A stretch of 64,000 bases of DNA from Candidatus Saccharimonadota bacterium (lineage in GTDB: Bacteria; Patescibacteriota; Saccharimonadia; Saccharimonadales; AWTP1-31), in the NCBI GenBank assembly GCA_036826335.1, contig DAISWP010000001.1, forward strand, positions 65,272 through 129,271, written 5' to 3'. The notes under the pieces are model-generated. The model made no database searches, had not been told where the DNA came from, and was given only the letters and a program-made list of their open reading frames with translations. Below, piece after piece: positions 59,383 through 64,000 of this stretch. Positions within the stretch are counted from its first letter, which is position 1; the number at the start of each line of letters is the position of its first letter. The translations under genes and the position numbers were made by a program.

Positions 59383-61185
59383 GTGGACTACATGAAACAA
59401 GACCACATTCGCAATTTCTGTATTATTGCACATATTGACCATGGAAAATCGACACTTGCCGACAGGCTTTTGGAGTTAACGGGTACCGTTCAAAAGCGCG
59501 ACATGAAAGCGCAGCTGCTCGATAAAATGGACTTAGAGCGAGAAAAGGGCATTACCATCAAGTTGGCCCCGGTTCGTATGCAGTACAAAGACTACCAGCT
59601 CAATTTGATCGATACACCAGGTCATGTCGACTTCAGCTACGAAGTCAGTCGAAGCCTTGAGGCTTGCGAAGGGGCAATCTTGGTAGTAGATGCGAGCCAG
59701 GGTATACAGGCCCAGACACTCGCCAATGTCTACCTGGCTTTGGCTGCAGACTTAACGATTATCCCGGTGCTTAACAAGATTGACTTGCCTGCCGCCAATG
59801 TAGAAAAAGTGAGTGCCGAAATTGTCGCGTTACTGGGCTGTAAACCAGAAGAGATTCTGCACATTAGTGCAAAAACTGGGCAAGGAGTAGAAGCCGTGCT
59901 GGAGCGTGTTGTTAGTGCTGTGCAGCCACCAAATGGGAAGAGTGATACAGCCACCAAAGCGCTTATTTTCGATAGTTACTACGACGACTACAGGGGGGTA
60001 ATCTTGTACGTACGTATTGTTGATGGTGCAATTGCAAAGAACAGTGAAATAACCATGATGGCAACCAATGCCCAAGCCATTGCGCTTGAAGTAGGCGCCC
60101 TCCGGCCAGGCATGTCGCCTAATAATGAGCTGGTAACCGGTGAGATTGGGTATGTCGTAACAAATCTTAAGTCAACACGCGAGGCAAAAGTTGGTGACAC
60201 CGTAACAATTAAAACAGCTGCTTCTGCTCATGATCAAATAACACCATTGCCAGGCTATAAAGAAGTACGACCATTCGTATATGCTGGCTTTTTCCCAGAG
60301 AGCAACGAATATTACCAAGAATTAAAAGATGCCATTGAAAAGCTGAGCCTTAGCGATTCTGCCTTGCAGTTTACGCCAGAGAATTCGCCGGTTTTAGGCT
60401 TTGGAGTGCGGGTTGGCTTCTTAGGGTTACTTCACATGGATATTGTTCGAGAACGTCTTGAGCGCGAATATGACCTGGAGCTTGTTGTTACGAACCCGTC
60501 GACCGACTATCAGTTAACGCTTTTGAGTGGTGACGAAAAAGATATAAAAAGTGCCAGTGAGTTGCCGGATCCTGCCAGTATTTTAGAAATAAGAGAACCG
60601 TGGATTAAGGGCGAAGTTGTGGTGCCAAAGGACTACGTAGGCGCCGTTATTCAGCTGATCGCGAGCAAGCGAGGCCTGCAGAAAAATCTTAACTATGTTG
60701 ATGCACAACTTGCAGTTCTGGATTTTGAAGCACCACTGGCGAACTTGCTAACCGATTTTTATGATCAACTCAAGAGTGCCACGAGTGGTTATGGATCATT
60801 TAATTACGAACTTGCAGACTATCGTGCAGAAGATCTCGTAAAAGTAGACTTTTATGTTGCCGGCGAACGAGTGGATGCGCTCAGTGTTATGGTTCACCGT
60901 AGTGAATCCCAGAGGTTGGGCAGAGAAACTGTCGAAAAACTTAAAGAAGTAATACCGCGCCAAAACTTCCAGGTAGCATTACAGGCTGGGATTGGCGGCA
61001 AGTTCATCGCTCGCGAAGACATCAGTGCCTACCGAAAAGACGTCACAACGGGGCTCTATGGCGGAGACGTTTCACGAAAAAAGAAGGTTCTCGCCAAACA
61101 AGCAAAGGGCAAAAAACGCATGAAACGCTTCGGCAAAGTAGATATCCCTGCCGAAGCATTTACGGTGATGTTGAAGCGTGACTAG
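59383..61185 (+). CDS. lepA: Elongation factor 4 (LepA)
   Basis: G1 AHIDHGKST. G3 DTPGHVDF. G4 NKID. LepA-specific C-terminal domain. Confidence 0.9.
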   Translation: MDYMKQDHIRNFCIIAHIDHGKSTLADRLLELTGTVQKRDMKAQLLDKMDLEREKGITIKLAPVRMQYKDYQLNLIDTPGHVDFSYEVSRSLEACEGAILVVDASQGIQAQTLANVYLALAADLTIIPVLNKIDLPAANVEKVSAEIVALLGCKPEEILHISAKTGQGVEAVLERVVSAVQPPNGKSDTATKALIFDSYYDDYRGVILYVRIVDGAIAKNSEITMMATNAQAIALEVGALRPGMSPNNELVTGEIGYVVTNLKSTREAKVGDTVTIKTAASAHDQITPLPGYKEVRPFVYAGFFPESNEYYQELKDAIEKLSLSDSALQFTPENSPVLGFGVRVGFLGLLHMDIVRERLEREYDLELVVTNPSTDYQLTLLSGDEKDIKSASELPDPASILEIREPWIKGEVVVPKDYVGAVIQLIASKRGLQKNLNYVDAQLAVLDFEAPLANLLTDFYDQLKSATSGYGSFNYELADYRAEDLVKVDFYVAGERVDALSVMVHRSESQRLGRETVEKLKEVIPRQNFQVALQAGIGGKFIAREDISAYRKDVTTGLYGGDVSRKKKVLAKQAKGKKRMKRFGKVDIPAEAFTVMLKRD

Positions 61186-61220
61186 TGTACAAAGTGCATA
61201 ATTTCTGATATAAGTGTTTC

Positions 61221-61940
61221 ATGAATGAGCTAAAAGAACTCGCCAAGTTCAAGCGTATCCTCAGCGCCTATACAATCTCACCCGAAGGAAAAAAAATGTT
61301 GGCGCAAACAAAAGTAGTGCTTATGACCGCAATTAGCGCGAGTGGGCGCAACACGATTATCCGCGAGCTGGTTAAGACCGGCTCGTTTTATTTTATTGTC
61401 TCGGATACAACGAGGCAGCCGCGCACAAATGATGGGGTGCTCGAGCAGAATGGGGTGGAATATTGGTTTCGCTCTGAAGAAGAGGTATTGGAAGATCTAG
61501 AGAATGGCAAATTCCTAGAGGCTGCCATAATCCATAATCAGCAGGTTTCTGGTATTAGTCTTCGAGAGTTAGAAAAGGCTCGAGCAGAGGGCAAGTACGC
61601 CACCACCGATATAGAAGTACAGGGCGTTCACAATATTATGGCGTCAAAGCCAGATGCAGCTGCCATTTTCGTACTACCCCCATCTTACGAAGAGTGGCAA
61701 CGACGACTCCTAAAGCGAGGAGATGTTAGTGCTAGAGAAATAGAAAATCGTCACGAAAGCGCTCGCAAAGAACTGCGAGCCGCCCTACGAGAGCCGTACT
61801 ATCATTTCTTGATAAACGATGAACTCAGCGAGGCGGTAAAAGGTGTTCAAAAAATTGCCGAAGGAAAGATCACCGCTCGCTACGATAAACGAGGGCGAGA
61901 AATAGCCCAAGAAATTCTAGAACGACTACAACAACGCTAG
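61221..61940 (+). CDS. Guanylate-kinase-like protein with a non-canonical P-loop
   Basis: ...SDTTRQPRTNDGVLEQNGVEYWF... parallels the GMK substrate region. The Walker A position reads ISASGRNT instead of GxxGxGK[ST]. Confidence 0.55.
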   Translation: MNELKELAKFKRILSAYTISPEGKKMLAQTKVVLMTAISASGRNTIIRELVKTGSFYFIVSDTTRQPRTNDGVLEQNGVEYWFRSEEEVLEDLENGKFLEAAIIHNQQVSGISLRELEKARAEGKYATTDIEVQGVHNIMASKPDAAAIFVLPPSYEEWQRRLLKRGDVSAREIENRHESARKELRAALREPYYHFLINDELSEAVKGVQKIAEGKITARYDKRGREIAQEILERLQQR

Positions 61941-61985
61941 GTTTGGCACTCTTGACTCCACAGTGCTAACAAGGGTACAATAGCC

Positions 61986-62708
61986 ATGAAAGTTGGTGTT
62001 ATGACAGAACGTCAAAAGAAAATCTTACAAGCAATCGTCGAGCAATATGCAGAAGTGGCTAGCCCCGTTGGTTCGAGTCTTCTTGCCAAATTGTTTGGTG
62101 TATCATCTGCGACCATACGTGCCGAAATGGCCGAGCTAGAACATCGCGGATTTATCAGCCAGCCGCACACAAGTGCAGGCCGTGTTCCAACAGACAAAGG
62201 CTATCGGTTCTATGTGAATAACATTGTAGACACGCCAAGCGAAACACCAGCCGAGCGACGCGCTGAAAAAGCGTTAGCAACACGCGTAACCCAGGGTGGC
62301 GTGCCGGACAGAATTATACGAAACACGGTCGATACACTTGTTGAGTTAACGCATAACCTTGGTCTTGCAACTATTGGCGACCAGCTCTACATGAGTGGAC
62401 TCTCCAACCTATTTGGTCAGCCAGAATTTATGAATGGCGACCAGGTCCGAGAAGTCGCGCGTTTATTAGATAATCTAGAGCCATGGCTCTACGAGGCAGC
62501 ACCAAACGAGCCGCTTAGTGTCTACATCGGGCAAGAAAACCCCGTTGGTCGTAGTGCTGGCTGTTCCCTCATTGTCAGTCGATTCCGGAGTGCTTACTCA
62601 GATCGTAGCTACATAGGCGTTCTTGGTCCTACCCGGCAAAGCTATCGCGATGTTATGAACTTGGTTCGAAGGGCTGGCGAAGCCCTAGAGGGAGCCCTCT
62701 ATGAGTAA
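61986..62708 (+). CDS. hrcA: Heat-inducible transcription repressor HrcA (short form)
   Basis: N-terminal winged helix ...RQKKILQAIVEQYAEVASPVGSSLLAKLFGVSSATIRAEMAELE... Immediately upstream of grpE. Confidence 0.8.
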   Translation: MKVGVMTERQKKILQAIVEQYAEVASPVGSSLLAKLFGVSSATIRAEMAELEHRGFISQPHTSAGRVPTDKGYRFYVNNIVDTPSETPAERRAEKALATRVTQGGVPDRIIRNTVDTLVELTHNLGLATIGDQLYMSGLSNLFGQPEFMNGDQVREVARLLDNLEPWLYEAAPNEPLSVYIGQENPVGRSAGCSLIVSRFRSAYSDRSYIGVLGPTRQSYRDVMNLVRRAGEALEGALYE

Positions 62709-63174
62709 GCCATCACAACCAAAAAAAGCGAATAACCTTGAGTCGTTACAGCAGCAAGTAGTAGAGCTAACTGAGGCTTTGCAGCGTGAACGTGCCGATG
62801 CAGAAAATATTCGTCGTCGACACGACGACCAGATTGCTCGACTTCGGGACACCGTTAAGATGCATGTTATTGAAGAATTATTGCCCGTTATCGATAATTT
62901 TGACCGTGCGCTTAAGCACGTCCCAAAAGAACTAGAAAATAACGACTATATAAAAGGCGTCCAGGGAGTCGTGAAGCAATTCGAAAAGACCCTGCAAGAC
63001 ATGGGTGTGGAGCGCATACAAACAGTTGGCCAACCTTTTGACCCACACATGCACGAAGCCGTTAGTATTGAAGAGGGCAGTGGAGAGCAAGAAATTGTTA
63101 GCGAAGAATTGCAGGCAGGCTACAAGCTGGGTGACGATGTTATACGCCACGCGGTAGTCAAAGTTAAGAGCTAA
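62701..63174 (+). CDS. grpE: Nucleotide exchange factor GrpE
   Basis: 8-nt overlap with hrcA. Coiled-coil N-terminus. ...ENIRRRHDDQ... and the C-terminal beta domain. Confidence 0.8.
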   Translation: MSKPSQPKKANNLESLQQQVVELTEALQRERADAENIRRRHDDQIARLRDTVKMHVIEELLPVIDNFDRALKHVPKELENNDYIKGVQGVVKQFEKTLQDMGVERIQTVGQPFDPHMHEAVSIEEGSGEQEIVSEELQAGYKLGDDVIRHAVVKVKS

Positions 63175-63514
63175 TATCTGTGAAATTGAAACCTGAGAGT
63201 GTAGTTGATATTCGTGCATCAGCACCAGGCCATACCTATATTGGTGCGTCAGTCTGTGCAGATGAGCCAGACATAAGAGATCTTCTTGAGTTAGTAAATC
63301 CACTACTCGTCATGGATATTAATCAAGCTCGAAGTAATGTTCAGTCTGGTCATTCGGTTAACGATACGCTTGAACAGCTCGACCTTACGCCTGCGTACAA
63401 ACAATTAGTAGGGGGCTGTCTTGGCAGGATTGCCAGTGGGAAGTGTGCTGCATACCCTCGTGTTCCCTAACTAGCTTATGGCTGTAATCGTTTTATCTGG
63501 TATTGTATAAAATA

Positions 63515-64000
63515 ATGAGTCAATCGATTGTTGAATTAGGAGATCTAGCAGAAGCATTTCAGACCTATACTGAAGTCGCAAATGCGGTGCCAACGGATCA
63601 AATGATGCCCGTGGAGGTTCGCCCTGAAATAGCCGCCGATAATTTCAGAAAAGAAGTTATGAAGCTAAAACCATACGGCGACGAAGACCTGGAACAAATA
63701 AGGCAAAAGTCTCGTGTTACCAACATTAGCGCCCGTGCATTTGCTCTTCGTCAGAAAGGCCTTGTGGGTAGTATTGTCGGGCTTTTTGATGAGGTTGCCG
63801 ACTACGTACAGCGGGTGGAAACGACTGAAAGCCAAGTGCTTGGTCCGGACGCAATTGAACAGGAATTTACTGAACGAGCTGATATTTTAGAGGGCATTAC
63901 TAAGAGCATTGAAGCGCACAGGCGTCTGCCACCAGAAATAAGATATAAGGCAAAAGTCTCGTCAGATTTATCGGGGTACTACTTCGGTGGCTATTATCGA
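63515..64000 (+). CDS. Hypothetical protein, 5' part (runs off the window end)
   Basis: ATG at 63515. Open frame to the window end (MSQSIVELGDLAEAFQTYTEV...). Not DnaK-like. Confidence 0.4.
   Translation, partial: MSQSIVELGDLAEAFQTYTEVANAVPTDQMMPVEVRPEIAADNFRKEVMKLKPYGDEDLEQIRQKSRVTNISARAFALRQKGLVGSIVGLFDEVADYVQRVETTESQVLGPDAIEQEFTERADILEGITKSIEAHRRLPPEIRYKAKVSSDLSGYYFGGYYR

Noticed and set aside
63180-63470. 96-aa ORF after grpE with a GTG start
   Set aside because: No SD and an odd composition. Sits in the gap before a better-supported ATG-initiated ORF at 63515.

Possibly real, but not supportable.

Overview
This is a 64-kb bacterial chromosomal window, about 50% GC by eye, densely coding on both strands with about 85 protein genes. 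There is no rRNA, CRISPR array, transposase, integrase or reverse-transcriptase ORF.

Housekeeping content: aspartyl/asparaginyl-tRNA synthetase (type 2), tsaC (YrdC/Sua5), dus, queA, tgt, tilS, ftsH, murJ, lepA, a guanylate-kinase-like gene, hrcA, grpE, murC-type ligase, phosphoketolase (xfp) plus acetate kinase, an ABC exporter pair, an OmpR-type response regulator with its histidine kinase, three NUDIX hydrolases, and MazG-like and HD-domain nucleotide hydrolases. The window also holds three tRNAs that all carry a CAU anticodon; one is initiator-like.

The gene content points to a small-genome, monoderm-like bacterium. The cues are the xfp-ackA fermentative module, a sortase-type C-terminal sorting tail, many small secreted or membrane orphan proteins, and hrcA-grpE. 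A Patescibacteria/Saccharibacteria-type or another reduced Gram-positive-like lineage would fit. This is inference only and cannot be settled from the sequence.

The accessory-looking regions are:
- an 811-aa orphan protein placed divergently to a minimal 122-aa K+ channel (4.1-7.0 kb);
- two paralogous, degenerate LytM/M23-like membrane-anchored proteins (7.1 kb and 30.5 kb);
- an envelope cluster of secreted and beta-propeller proteins (8.5-11.3 kb);
- a kinase-fold protein co-transcribed with a polyprenyl-phosphate sugar transferase (22.1-23.5 kb);
- a GC-richer, translationally coupled orphan gene pair (19.9-21.1 kb);
- most notably, the 38.9-43.9 kb stretch. Four intergenic regions there carry a related repeat family built from tRNA T-arm and 3'-end-like fragments. 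These are interleaved with the tRNA-fMet and a tRNA-CAU gene. The same stretch has a 19-bp direct repeat of the tRNA 3' end (att-like) and a near-consensus sigma70 promoter driving a 27-codon ORF with its own intrinsic terminator.

I could not recognise a complete, named defence or mobile system. The items flagged in the findings are the best candidates for novel biology.
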